A DNA stretch of 64,000 bases, from NCBI GenBank assembly GCA_041749815.1, contig JBGTAR010000117.1:5559-69558 (forward strand). Reading direction: 5' to 3'. Each line of letters starts with the position of its first letter. Within the stretch, counting starts at the first letter, position 1. Below are positions 1-9,524 of the stretch, piece by piece. The notes beneath the pieces were generated by a model. The model saw nothing but the letters and a program-made list of their open reading frames with translations, did not search any database and was not told the DNA's origin. A program made the position numbers and the translations under genes. The DNA is from Terrimicrobiaceae bacterium (GTDB taxonomy: Bacteria > Verrucomicrobiota > Verrucomicrobiia > Chthoniobacterales > Terrimicrobiaceae).

Positions 1-1
1 G

Positions 2-619
2 GAAATGACCGATGAGGCGCAAGTTCAAAAAGCGGTGGCCGACATCGTGGCGCGTCATGGCAAGATCGACGTGATCGTCAACAACGCGGGCGGCAACGAC
101 GCTATTGGTCTGCGTCACTCGGCGGCTGAGTTCCGGGCCTCGCTGGAAAAGAACATCGTCTCCTGCTTCCTGCTCGTCCATCACGCCCTCGATCATCTGA
201 TCGCTTCCCGGGGCAACATCGTCAATATTGGTTCCAAATGCTCGGTGACCGGACAGGGCGGCACGAGTGGGTATGCCGCCAGCAAGGGGGCCATGAATGC
301 ACTCACGAGAGAATGGGCGCTCGACCTTGGACACCATGGGGTTCGTGTCAACTGCGTCATTCCCGCCGAGGTGATCACTCCGCTCTACGAACGCTGGTTG
401 GCTCAGGCTCCCGATCCGGCAGCCGCCCACGCCCAACTCAACAGCACGATTCCGCTCGGACGTCGCACAACAACCGTGCAGGAAATCGCGGATGCAGTCG
501 TCTTCGTTGCCTCCCCGAAATCTTCGCACACCACTGGCCAGTTGCTCTTCGTCGATGGCGGCTACGTCCACCTTGACCGAGCCTGCACCCAGCCCACCTC
601 TCATCTGAAGACTTCATGA
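2..619 (+). CDS. Short-chain dehydrogenase/reductase (SDR), 5' end cut by window edge; candidate L-fucose or 2-keto-3-deoxy-L-fuconate dehydrogenase
   Basis: The frame is open from the window edge. It shows NNAG (VNNAGG), the catalytic YAASK (YxxxK) and a C-terminal FVDGG typical of classical SDRs. The Rossmann TGxxxGxG part lies off-window. ATGA overlap with the next gene. Confidence 0.8.
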   Translation, partial: EMTDEAQVQKAVADIVARHGKIDVIVNNAGGNDAIGLRHSAAEFRASLEKNIVSCFLLVHHALDHLIASRGNIVNIGSKCSVTGQGGTSGYAASKGAMNALTREWALDLGHHGVRVNCVIPAEVITPLYERWLAQAPDPAAAHAQLNSTIPLGRRTTTVQEIADAVVFVASPKSSHTTGQLLFVDGGYVHLDRACTQPTSHLKTS

Positions 620-1458
620 TAGATACCCACCAACATCTCATTTATCCTGACCGCTTCTCCTATCGCTGGGCGGAAGGCATTCCGGCTCTTAGTGGTGCAT
701 TTCCGCTCTCTGACTATCAAAAGGCGGCGGATGGCTGTGGCATCACCGGGACGGTTTTCATGGAGGTCGATGTGGGGGAGTCCTCCGACGAGGCGCGGTT
801 TTTTTGCGAGCTGGCAGAGGAGTCCGAAAATCGGATTCTGGGGGTCATTGCAGCGGCTCGTCCGGAGCAGGATGGGTTTGAGCAATATCTCGACGACACC
901 GCACATCCGAAGCTCAAGGGCATCCGTCGCGTGTTGCACACCCAGCCGGATGAGTTGTCGCAATCGCCGATCTTTCGCGATAATGTCGCCCGTTTGGCAA
1001 AACGCGATCTCACATTCGACCTCTGCGTTCTTCAGCGTCAGTTGGGAATCGCGTCGGAATTGGCGAGGGCCTGTCCTGAGACGACATTTGTCCTGGACCA
1101 CTGCGGGGTCCCCGAGATCGCTGCTAATGATGCGCTGGGAGGCGAAAGGTTTCGGAACTGGAGCGAGAGAATTCGCGCTTTGGCGGCGGCTCCGAATGTG
1201 TGCTGTAAGATTTCGGGACTCTGTGCCTACGCCGCCTCTAACGTACAAGAAACTGCTACGTTTGTGCCCTATGTGGAAACCGTGCTCGAGGCGTTTGGTG
1301 TCGAGCGTTGCGTGTGGGGAGGAGACTGGCCTGTGTGCAATCTGGGTGCGGGATTGCCCAAATGGATTGGCATGAGCCGAGAGATGGTGCAGGCGCTCAC
1401 TCCGGACGAACAGCATGCGGTTTTCACCGCAAACGCCCAACAAATCTACCACCTATGA
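616..1458 (+). CDS. Amidohydrolase_2 (COG3618-type) metal-dependent hydrolase, candidate L-fucono-1,5-lactonase
   Basis: N-terminal DTHQH (HxH metal motif), VLDHCG and WGGDWP aspartate motif. Translationally coupled to the SDR and surrounded by GH29 genes. The lactonase function is inferred from family and context. Confidence 0.75.
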   Translation: MIDTHQHLIYPDRFSYRWAEGIPALSGAFPLSDYQKAADGCGITGTVFMEVDVGESSDEARFFCELAEESENRILGVIAAARPEQDGFEQYLDDTAHPKLKGIRRVLHTQPDELSQSPIFRDNVARLAKRDLTFDLCVLQRQLGIASELARACPETTFVLDHCGVPEIAANDALGGERFRNWSERIRALAAAPNVCCKISGLCAYAASNVQETATFVPYVETVLEAFGVERCVWGGDWPVCNLGAGLPKWIGMSREMVQALTPDEQHAVFTANAQQIYHL

Positions 1459-1478
1459 GCCACGCAGCACTGACCTGA

Positions 1479-1805
1479 ATTTTTGTTCCAAACATCGTCC
1501 TCTACGACGCACAAGGCCGGATCCATGAAGACGAATTACAGAGGATCATCCGGTGGATCGGCGGCAAAGGGGTCACGGGATTCTATCCCAATGGCAGCAT
1601 GAGGGAGTTCATTCGATTGAGCTACGAAGAGAGGAAGCGGGTAGTGGCCATCGTCGCCGAAGAGGCCATCGGGAAGCCGATTCTCGCCGGTGCCGCTGAG
1701 CTGAATGTCGATCTGGTGCTCGATATGTGCCGGTTTTGCGCCGACCTCGGATGCCGGGCGGTCTCGATCACCGGCCCGTATTATTACAAGCTCACGCAGG
1801 AGAGC
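1479..1805 (+). pseudogene. Truncated DapA/DHDPS-family aldolase (N-terminal third only)
   Basis: The frame opens only at 1479, directly after a TGA, and has no ATG. VPNIVLYDAQGRIHEDEL...GVTGFYPNGSMREF...SYEERKRVV...ITGPYYYKL matches the N-terminal part of DHDPS-like aldolases. Similarity ends near 1805, where an opposite-strand transposase remnant begins. The Schiff-base lysine region is absent. Confidence 0.7.
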
Positions 1806-1857
1806 ACCGCGACTTTTCTTCCCGCCCCTCGACCCTCAAGACTCGAATGCCTCGAAG

Positions 1858-2052
1858 CCCAAAGCAGCTTTCATCCACCTCCACACTGCCGGTGAAAGGG
1901 GGGGACTCCGCTTCGGCCAACTCCACGATCCGGGAGCGCAGTAGACCAAAGAGTCGATGCGTTGTGTTCTTGTTGACCCCTACCAATTTACTCGCCGTCA
2001 GTGCTCCGACATCCGTGCAGAACATCTTCAAGACCTCCCTAAATTCGGACTC
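1858..2052 (-). mobile_element. IS1595 (ISXO2-like) transposase remnant
   Basis: The minus frame reads ...ASKLVGVNKNTTHRLFGLLRSRIVE...FTGSVEVDESCFG. This is the HTH plus the first DDE-domain motif (VEVDExxFG) of IS1595-family transposases. Only about 65 aa remain. There is no zinc-ribbon N-terminus, no remaining catalytic domain and no terminal inverted repeats that I recognise. Confidence 0.6.
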
Positions 2053-2335
2053 TCAAATACGTGCTTGGAAAAGATATTTGTTTCTCACTGTCTTTCAGTA
2101 GATTATGCGGTTTTACGCCACTGTATCTGGGAAAGCGCCGTCGTTATTTACGAAATCTGTCAAAATATTCGAACGCCATTGTAATAAAAAGCGCAAGGAT
2201 TCAGTTCTTTTGGTTTACGGACACCGCAATGGTTCGCGACGAACTAGCCAGGTCACTCCGAACTTGGAGAAAACGAAATTCCCTGAAGCAATAGACGCAT
2301 AGAGCGCGAATCACCAATATGCCGAACCTCACAAG

Positions 2336-3340
2336 ATGATGACATCCACCACAGACTCCAACGGCGCACAACGCCTGTCGCTCGCTGCCCTGAAACGCTG
2401 GGAAACAATGCGCTACGGCATGTTCATCCATTTTGGCATGAGCACCTACGAGGGCAAGGAACTGCCCGATGGAAACGCCCCGCTGTCGCTCTACAACCCC
2501 GACAAGCTCGACGTCGATCAATGGGTCAACGTCGCCTGCGATGCCGGGATGAAGTATGCGGTCCTCACGACGAAGCATGTTGCCGGACACTGTCTCTGGC
2601 CCAGCCGCCATACCGACTACCACGTCGGCAACGGCCCCGTAAAAACCGATGTCGTCGAGGCTTTCGTGCAAGCCTGCGAACGCCGCAGAGTCCTGCCCTG
2701 CTTCTACTACTGCTCGTGGGACAACCACCACCACTTCGGCTCCGTCACGCCAACAGATACGATGGCCTTCGCCGAGTCCCCGGAAGTGGACAAACACTAC
2801 GCTGAGTTCACTACTCGCACCTACCAAGAGTTTCAATCCGCCCAGATCGAGGAATTGCTCACCTCCTACGGTCCCATCGCCGAAGTCTGGATCGATATCC
2901 CGATGATGCTGCCGCGCGGCTATCGCCACCAACTCTACAGCCAGATCACCACGCTACAGCCCGAAACGGTCGTGATGATGAATCACGGCATCGGCGACGG
3001 CTCCAAATTCAAAGTCAAAGACGCCTGGCCGACCGATCTCATCGCCATCGAGCGATTCCTTCCAAACGCCGCCACTGGCCATGTGAAATGGCGCGAAATC
3101 GAGGGCAAAAAATACTACCTCCCTGGCGAAGTCTGCGACCCCATCGGCAAGGAATGGTTTTACACCGACGATGATCGGCCACGCTCCGACGCCGAACTGC
3201 TCGGCATGTATCTCACCACCACCTCGCGCGGTGCCAACTTCCTGCTCGATGTCGGCCCCAACCGGCATGGGCTCATCCCCGAACGCTACGTCGCCGCGCT
3301 GCAACGCCTGCGCAAAAATCTCGACCTGCTCGGGATGTAG
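2336..3340 (+). CDS. GH29 alpha-L-fucosidase, short catalytic-domain-only form, no signal peptide
   Basis: [41 protein letters not shown] and EVWIDIP blocks. Close paralog of 16504-17541. Confidence 0.8.
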   Translation: MMTSTTDSNGAQRLSLAALKRWETMRYGMFIHFGMSTYEGKELPDGNAPLSLYNPDKLDVDQWVNVACDAGMKYAVLTTKHVAGHCLWPSRHTDYHVGNGPVKTDVVEAFVQACERRRVLPCFYYCSWDNHHHFGSVTPTDTMAFAESPEVDKHYAEFTTRTYQEFQSAQIEELLTSYGPIAEVWIDIPMMLPRGYRHQLYSQITTLQPETVVMMNHGIGDGSKFKVKDAWPTDLIAIERFLPNAATGHVKWREIEGKKYYLPGEVCDPIGKEWFYTDDDRPRSDAELLGMYLTTTSRGANFLLDVGPNRHGLIPERYVAALQRLRKNLDLLGM

Positions 3341-3592
3341 ATCCACACCTCACACCAAACATGAATAGCAATCAAACACTCCCCTCCCCTAAATTCGTCG
3401 GTCCCAGCTATGAATGGCCTCCCTCAGCGGCCTCGTGCTTGGCGGGCCACGCGGTTCGCTCTTCGGCGTGCACGTGGGCTGGATCGATGCCAGCAAACTC
3501 ATCAACGCGCAGCACGTCGAGGATCACCTCGATCGCACCGGCGACTATTGGAATTGGCCGAGGCAACCCGAAACCCTCGGCATGGACTCCGC

Positions 3593-3784
3593 TGTTGGAG
3601 TATCACCATGACCGACATTCATACCCAATGGACGGAGAACCAGGCGGTGCCCAACCGCAGCCAGCATGCGGTGGCCGGGCGCATTGCTGAGACGGAAGCG
3701 GAGGTGCCCTTTCCGATCCTGGGCTTCGACACCGACAATGGCGGGGAGTTCTTAAACTGGCATCTGGTGGACTACTTTCGCATC
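3593..3784 (+). mobile_element. DDE (rve/integrase-core-like) transposase fragment
   Basis: WSITMTDIHTQWTENQAVPNRSQHAVAGRIAETEAEVPFPILGFDTDNGGEFLNWHLVDYF carries the D-x-NG-x-EF core motif of rve-type transposases. Only about 65 aa remain. The fragment is fused in frame, with no stop, to the upstream part of the 3410-5197 ORF. Confidence 0.55.
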
Positions 3785-3943
3785 CGCCCCTGGTGTCTTT
3801 TTTCATTGAGTCAACACGGTTTCTTATTGATTGAATCACTTTTTTGGAATAACTCCCTTTTTCACTCAAACGATCCCATTCTTGAATTTGTTCACCTCCC
3901 GAGTCACCGATGGCGGAGAAACAATCACCACCGCATTCGAACT

Positions 3944-5197
3944 ATGAAAACCAACATCATTCCAACTCCCTTGCCGCGCATTTCACGCTTTGAAGAGCTA
4001 GGCTACGGGCTGTTCATTCACTGGGGCCTTTACTCGCAATTGGAGCACGGGGAGTGGATACAATCGCATCGAAAGATTCCAGCGGAGGAATACCGGAAAA
4101 TGATCAACCACTTCACTGCGGCCGATTTCGATGCCAGGCACCTTGCGAAGCTGGCGCGAGCGAGTGGCTTCAAATATGCTTCCATGGGCACCCGTCACCA
4201 CGAGGGTTTTTCGCTCTACGATACGCGCGGACTCTCAGATTTTGATTCTATGCACGCACCCTCCGGTCGCGATCTGGTGCGGGAATTTGTCGATGCTTGT
4301 CGGGAGGAGGGTATAGTTCCTTACCTTTATCACACGCTGCTGGACTGGGAAAGGAACTCCGCAGAATGCTCGGACGCTGAATTCGACGCCTACCTCGATT
4401 ACCTTCATGGTTCGGTGGAAATCCTCTGCACCCACTATGGTGAGTTAGGGGGGCTGTGGTTCGACGGCACATGGTCCCGCGAAACAGACTGGAAAGAGGA
4501 TCGTCTGTATGCGCTCATCCGTCGTCTTCAACCGGAGGCCATTATCATCAATAACACCGGCCTGGGGGCCTTGGGGCAGTCCGGGCATCCGGAACTGGAC
4601 AGCGTTACCTTTGAACAGGGGCTTCCCACAGCCCCGGATCGTAGGGGCTGGCCGAAATACCTGGCAGGTGAAATGTGCGAGACTCTGAACAGCCATTGGG
4701 GGATCGGAAAACTCGATTTCAACTATAAGAGCGTTGGGGAAATCATTCGACACCTCTGCGCTTGTCGGAAAACCGGATCAAACTACCTGCTCAATATCGG
4801 ACCAACAGCAACAGGTGGCATCCCTTATTATGAGGAGGCTTTGCTCAGAAAGGTCGGTGAGTGGATCGCCCTGCACGGCGACCTGCTGTATCTTGGCCGC
4901 CCGGTGGCTGTAAATTGCCAAGCCAACGACTTTGTGCTTACCCATGCAGGCAAATACTATTACTTCGCCCATGATCTTCACCGAAGAGGTGACACCCATG
5001 TCGTGGCAGGCTCCACGCAGACCGGACCGCGAGCCATCGATGGCTTCCCAGCAGCCATCTCCGAAGTGGTGTGGATGGATGAAGGTGAGGTCGGGCGCTT
5101 TGTGCAGTCGGAAGACAACAAGCTGCTGACTTTGGACTGCGCTGGATTTGACTATGGCAATGATCTGGTCGTCCGGGTGGCAGAGATGCGTCCTTAG
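3944..5197 (+). CDS. GH29 alpha-L-fucosidase (417 aa, catalytic domain plus C-terminal beta domain)
   Basis: I place the start at MKTNIIP (ATG 3944). Motifs: GYGLFIHWGLYSQ, GFKYASMGTRHHEGFSLYDT, GGLWFDG and SNYLLNIGP. The upstream 178 codons of the ORF are transposase remnant or junk. Confidence 0.85.
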   Translation: MKTNIIPTPLPRISRFEELGYGLFIHWGLYSQLEHGEWIQSHRKIPAEEYRKMINHFTAADFDARHLAKLARASGFKYASMGTRHHEGFSLYDTRGLSDFDSMHAPSGRDLVREFVDACREEGIVPYLYHTLLDWERNSAECSDAEFDAYLDYLHGSVEILCTHYGELGGLWFDGTWSRETDWKEDRLYALIRRLQPEAIIINNTGLGALGQSGHPELDSVTFEQGLPTAPDRRGWPKYLAGEMCETLNSHWGIGKLDFNYKSVGEIIRHLCACRKTGSNYLLNIGPTATGGIPYYEEALLRKVGEWIALHGDLLYLGRPVAVNCQANDFVLTHAGKYYYFAHDLHRRGDTHVVAGSTQTGPRAIDGFPAAISEVVWMDEGEVGRFVQSEDNKLLTLDCAGFDYGNDLVVRVAEMRP

Positions 5198-5202
5198 CTC
5201 GC

Positions 5203-6639
5203 TTATTTTTCCATGACCAAAAGGCCTCGTCGCGCCTCGATTTCACGGCGAATCGTGGCCATGCGTTCCTGGGTAAGAGGGTAGATCCAGATCAAAAACA
5301 GCCCGACCGCCCAGAAGCCTAGCGGAACAAAAAGGTAGGACATAAACATGCGTTGGTGGATGACGGGGTCGGCGGAATTGACATTGACGACGAACCCCGT
5401 CGCTTGAAGCAACCATCCTCCGAGACCGGCTGAGACGGTGACAGCAACCTTAAAGAACCAGGAGAAAAACGCATTGATCGCGCCCTCGCGCCGCCGTCCA
5501 GTTTGTAATTCATCGAAGTCCGCGATGTCGCCTTTCATCGAAGGAATCAGAAGCCAAATGGCAGTGAATCCGGCTGACTCGAAAATGCCAGGGATGATGG
5601 ACAGATACGGATTCGCTGGGGTGATGAGAAAATACCCAAGGAGATGACCGAAGACCGAGATGAACAGAGTAATGATGACCAGCGTTCGTTTGTCTAAAAA
5701 TTTCGCAAGCCATGTCCAAACCGGGATGAGAGCGAGCCCGCAAACGGTAATGACGCTTCCTTTCCATCCGCCGATCACACCGGCCAACGCAAGGTCGCCG
5801 TTGGTAACGTAATAAATGAACACATAGGTGCCGACGCCGCCGATCACACCCAAGCCGGTCACAAGGAAAAACGTGATGCCGATCACAATCCAAAGAGGTC
5901 CATTGTGCAGCGACTCCCGGATGTTTTGCCAGAAGGATTCGCGCTCCATTTTTCCTTCCTTGGAACGCGGCGACAGCGTCCGTTCTTTCACAAACAGCGC
6001 CGGCATGATCCCAAAGATCGCGATGCCTGCGGCAAAAACCCAGCAAAGATGCCTGATGCCGTTTACCAGATCAGGTTCCCCCGTCAGAGGATTTGCAAAC
6101 ATGCTGCTGGCCAGCCATGCCATATGCCAGCCCATGATGATGCCCATCACGTTGCTGACGACAGTCATCCATGCGGAAAGGCGGGTGCGTTCGTGGTAGT
6201 TCGGAGTTAGCTCCAACTGAAGACCGTAATAGGGCATCGCCCAAAAACTATATGCCAGGTAGAAGGCCATCCCGCAGACGAGGAGATACAAAAATTTTCC
6301 GGTATCGGAAAGCGACGCCGGCATGAACCAGAAAAGCGGGAACAGCACGGCACAGCCAATCGCGCCCACCAGCATGTAAGGGCGCCGTCGGCCCCACCGG
6401 GTCGGGAAGTTGTCAGAGATATAGCCGACAATGGGATCCAAGCATCCGTCCCACGCGCGCAGAAGCATGAGAATGATGCCGATGGCCACAGGTGTCATCC
6501 CGAACCCAATATTAAAAATCGGCAGGAACAAATTCGTGAGAAGGGAGGCCCCCATAATCTCCAGCACGATGCCAAGACTGAATGCCCCCTTTTCCTTGAG
6601 AGGGATTCTTTCCGTCTCCGGAATCAGTGCTGTGGTCAT
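5203..6639 (-). CDS. Glycoside-pentoside-hexuronide (GPH/MFS) cation symporter
   Basis: Signature DGCLDPIVGYISDNFPTRWGRRRPYML and about 12 hydrophobic segments. ATGA overlap with the upstream ADP-ribosylglycohydrolase-like gene. Confidence 0.85.
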   Translation of the reverse strand: MTTALIPETERIPLKEKGAFSLGIVLEIMGASLLTNLFLPIFNIGFGMTPVAIGIILMLLRAWDGCLDPIVGYISDNFPTRWGRRRPYMLVGAIGCAVLFPLFWFMPASLSDTGKFLYLLVCGMAFYLAYSFWAMPYYGLQLELTPNYHERTRLSAWMTVVSNVMGIIMGWHMAWLASSMFANPLTGEPDLVNGIRHLCWVFAAGIAIFGIMPALFVKERTLSPRSKEGKMERESFWQNIRESLHNGPLWIVIGITFFLVTGLGVIGGVGTYVFIYYVTNGDLALAGVIGGWKGSVITVCGLALIPVWTWLAKFLDKRTLVIITLFISVFGHLLGYFLITPANPYLSIIPGIFESAGFTAIWLLIPSMKGDIADFDELQTGRRREGAINAFFSWFFKVAVTVSAGLGGWLLQATGFVVNVNSADPVIHQRMFMSYLFVPLGFWAVGLFLIWIYPLTQERMATIRREIEARRGLLVMEK

Positions 6640-8063
6640 GCTGGCAGTTCTGCGGCAGTGGGTAGTTCATCCGCCGTCCACGGGCAGAGATGAAAATTCG
6701 GATATGTCAGCAACACACTGGCCTGCTGTGCAGGGTTGGTCGAGGGAAGTTCGACCCGGACCCGATGTTTCCCAGGAGACACGCTCACCATCACGCGTGA
6801 GCCTTGAGGGCAACGATGCGGGGCGGGCACGTAGGGCAGGCCGGGGGGACAACACAGTGCCACCTCGTCATCGATCCAAATCTCGGCGCCCTCCGTGGCC
6901 AGACACATCAATTCGCGATCCACGTTGCGATCCACCTCCCACTCCCAGATCGCACCGCCCGCAGCCTTGACCTCCCGAGGCAACTCTCCATTTGCCCAGA
7001 GAACTTCTTTGACCTGGCCTAGCGGGCCAATTGAAATCGTTCCGGGCAGTCCGGTCAATTCCATCGGCGGAGGTAAAGCGTTCCATGCGTCGTGAGACCA
7101 TGGCTGGCGGTCCATTTTTCCAATGAGAGCCATCGTTCTATCCGTTAGTTCCTGGACAGTGAGCGGAGCAGAGATCCCTTGGATCCCTGGACCGATGAAA
7201 ATTCTGTCGCCGATGGGAGTGCTCCATTTTTGCGGAATTCCCTCACTCCCCAGAAACAGTCCGAGGGTCGCACCGGCGGTCGCGGCTGTGCAGTCGGTAT
7301 CGTAGCCGCCGTTGACCGCCAGAAGAATGGTCGTTTCAAAATCATCTTTCCCATAGAGCAATGCCCATACCGTCAGCGCCACATTGAGCGGAGCGTGGGT
7401 GAAGTTGTCGCTATGGTGGGCGGCGATCAGATGCTCGCGAGCTTCCCACGGTTCGACCTTGCTCTCAAAGTCCCTCTCCACCAGTCGGATTGCCCGTGCG
7501 GTCTCGCATTGCTCTGGAATGTAGCCTTGAGCCGAGAGGATCGCCTCTCGAACCACGCACCCTTCGGCCACCAAGGATTGCATCACTGCGAAAAACACCT
7601 CGCCCGCGATTCCTTCGATGCCATGGTCCAGTGAGGCGTCCATCGCGGCATAGTGCGCCGCACTCTCGGGATCCCCGACAAAAAGACAGGCCCAAATTTC
7701 TGATCGAATCGGAGACCCCATGCCTGCGTGAAACGGATTCTCAAAGCTCCCGACGCATTCTGCTGGCACCCCCCGGCGCAAATTCCATCGGCAGCGTCCA
7801 TATTCGTCCCACATGTAGTGGATGTGATCCCTCCAGGCCCGGGCGAAATCGCCTTGGGTGAGCGTTGCCCCCGCTGATTCTACCAGATGGAGCCACACCA
7901 ACTGCAGTTCCAGATCATCATTTGGGGGTGCAGTTACGGGGATCGGATCGTAAAACGAAAAATGCAGACGTTCCATGCGACCCTCCGCTGGAATACCAAG
8001 AGTTCCTCCAATCGATTTGCCAAGCCAGCATCCCAAAATTCTTTTTTTCAATGATATCTCCAT
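6636..8063 (-). CDS. ADP-ribosylglycohydrolase (ARH)-family protein with a C-terminal extension of about 140 aa
   Basis: The N-terminal GCWLGKSIGGTLGIPAEG and the C-terminal metal motif VNGGYDTDCTAATAGATLG are the two ARH-fold signatures. No signal peptide. First gene of a two-gene operon with the GPH symporter. Confidence 0.75.
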   Translation of the reverse strand: MEISLKKRILGCWLGKSIGGTLGIPAEGRMERLHFSFYDPIPVTAPPNDDLELQLVWLHLVESAGATLTQGDFARAWRDHIHYMWDEYGRCRWNLRRGVPAECVGSFENPFHAGMGSPIRSEIWACLFVGDPESAAHYAAMDASLDHGIEGIAGEVFFAVMQSLVAEGCVVREAILSAQGYIPEQCETARAIRLVERDFESKVEPWEAREHLIAAHHSDNFTHAPLNVALTVWALLYGKDDFETTILLAVNGGYDTDCTAATAGATLGLFLGSEGIPQKWSTPIGDRIFIGPGIQGISAPLTVQELTDRTMALIGKMDRQPWSHDAWNALPPPMELTGLPGTISIGPLGQVKEVLWANGELPREVKAAGGAIWEWEVDRNVDRELMCLATEGAEIWIDDEVALCCPPGLPYVPAPHRCPQGSRVMVSVSPGKHRVRVELPSTNPAQQASVLLTYPNFHLCPWTADELPTAAELPA

Positions 8064-8080
8064 GCTTGATCAATAAATAG

Positions 8081-8112
8081 ATGGTTTTTATAGTTATTCA
8101 ATGGTTTTATAT
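8081..8112. promoter_or_regulatory. Candidate regulator-binding direct repeats in the ARH/GPH - regulator divergent intergenic region
   Basis: ATGGTTTTTATA (8081-8092) and ATGGTTTTATAT (8101-8112) start 20 nt apart, about two helical turns. The region is AT-rich, so chance occurrence is possible. Confidence 0.3.
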
Positions 8113-8277
8113 GGATTTCGCTTAATTTGAATTGGAGGGCCGTTGGTTGGGGTGAGGCACCTGATCATTGGGCACAGTTGATACGTTACCTGCTGATTCG
8201 ACCAGCCCATTTCAATCGCTTAAAAAGCTGAAATTAACCATTTAATTCAACTGTCGGATCTGGTAAGTTTACCTATC

Positions 8278-9366
8278 ATGGCTAGATTATCGAGCAAGGT
8301 TGGTCACATTCACGAGGCTCTTTCTAGCCGCATCCTCAATGGGGAGTGGAAAGAAGGGGAGCGCATCCCAACATCGGACAAGTTGGCGCAGGAGTTCGAT
8401 TGCAGTATTGGCACAGTGAGCAAGGCACTGGCGTTGCTTTCCCATGAGGGGCTTGTACTCCAGCGGACAAAAGCGGGCACGCGGGTAACCTTCAACTCCA
8501 GCACTTCTGCTTCCCGCGAGACGGACCGCTTCGCGTTCATCTATCCCAATGAGGAACATGAGGGAATCTGGAGGCTTGTGCGGGGGTTCCAGGATGCTGC
8601 GCGCGAGGCGGATCGACGAACGGTCATGCTCACCACAGGCACCGATTATCGGAAGGAACTGGACTTTATCCGGCGGCTTTCGGAGTTCGACGTGAAAGGT
8701 GCCGTGGTTTATCCAGTGCTGCCGACCTCGGATGATTTGGTCCAGTTCTCCAAGATGGTTCTGAACTCGAGATTCCCGCTTGTGCTAGTCGAAGTCAATC
8801 TTCCCGGTCTCGGGTGCTCAGCGGTCACCGTCGATAACTTTCATGCAGGATACACTATGACCAAGCATCTGATCGCGCGGGGCGCCAAACGCATCGGCTA
8901 CTTCTCCAACTACGCCAGCGCGCCGACGATGCGGGATCGGTATCAGGGCTACCGATGGGCTCTCGCCGAGGCCGGTTTGCCCGAGGCCCCGGAAACGGTC
9001 CTCCTCGAATCTTCCATGCATCCGGATTTCAGCAATCCGACCGCCGAGCCAATTGAATTGGCCGGAAAGTATTTCCGGGAAGGAATCCGGCCTGATGCCG
9101 TGGTGTGCGCGGGCGACTTCCTAGCTATCGGCCTTCTCACCGTCGCCAAGACAATTGGAATTCGCGTGCCGGAAGATCTCCTTGTGACAGGAATGGACAA
9201 CTACAAGCTCTCGCATTCCGACGGCACTGCCCTCACGACATTCGAAATCCCGAACGAACTCATCGGAAGGAAGGCGTTTGCCGCCCTCACCGATCGAGTC
9301 CACAACTCCGCAAAACCATCCGAGGAACAGGTGCGCGGAAATATCATCATCCGGGAAACTGCGTAA
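8278..9366 (+). CDS. Transcriptional regulator: GntR-type winged HTH fused to a LacI/PBP1-type sugar-binding domain
   Basis: The N-terminus ERIPTSDKLAQEFDCSIGTVSKALALLSHEGLVLQRTKAGTRV is GntR-like. The remainder (IGYFS..., AVVCAGDFLAIGLL, VPEDLLVTGMDN) is a periplasmic-binding-protein type 1 effector domain. Confidence 0.8.
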   Translation: MARLSSKVGHIHEALSSRILNGEWKEGERIPTSDKLAQEFDCSIGTVSKALALLSHEGLVLQRTKAGTRVTFNSSTSASRETDRFAFIYPNEEHEGIWRLVRGFQDAAREADRRTVMLTTGTDYRKELDFIRRLSEFDVKGAVVYPVLPTSDDLVQFSKMVLNSRFPLVLVEVNLPGLGCSAVTVDNFHAGYTMTKHLIARGAKRIGYFSNYASAPTMRDRYQGYRWALAEAGLPEAPETVLLESSMHPDFSNPTAEPIELAGKYFREGIRPDAVVCAGDFLAIGLLTVAKTIGIRVPEDLLVTGMDNYKLSHSDGTALTTFEIPNELIGRKAFAALTDRVHNSAKPSEEQVRGNIIIRETA

Positions 9367-9524
9367 TTTTCATTTTATGATTGATTTATTGCCTTAATCC
9401 AGGTCTTATTGAATTCCCAACTTCAGCGGGGGTCGAGAGATAGGATTGTGCCACGCGCAACCCCGGATTCTCACATGAAAAACGTTTTGATAACAGAAAA
9501 GCACACACACCTTTTCGCCATTTT

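Noticed and set aside
3410-3943. N-terminal 178 codons of the 595-aa ORF 3410-5197.
   Set aside because: The GH29 homology begins only at MKTNIIP (3944). The upstream part consists of a transposase fragment plus Arg-rich junk that stays open by chance. It is annotated as an IS remnant rather than as part of the fucosidase.
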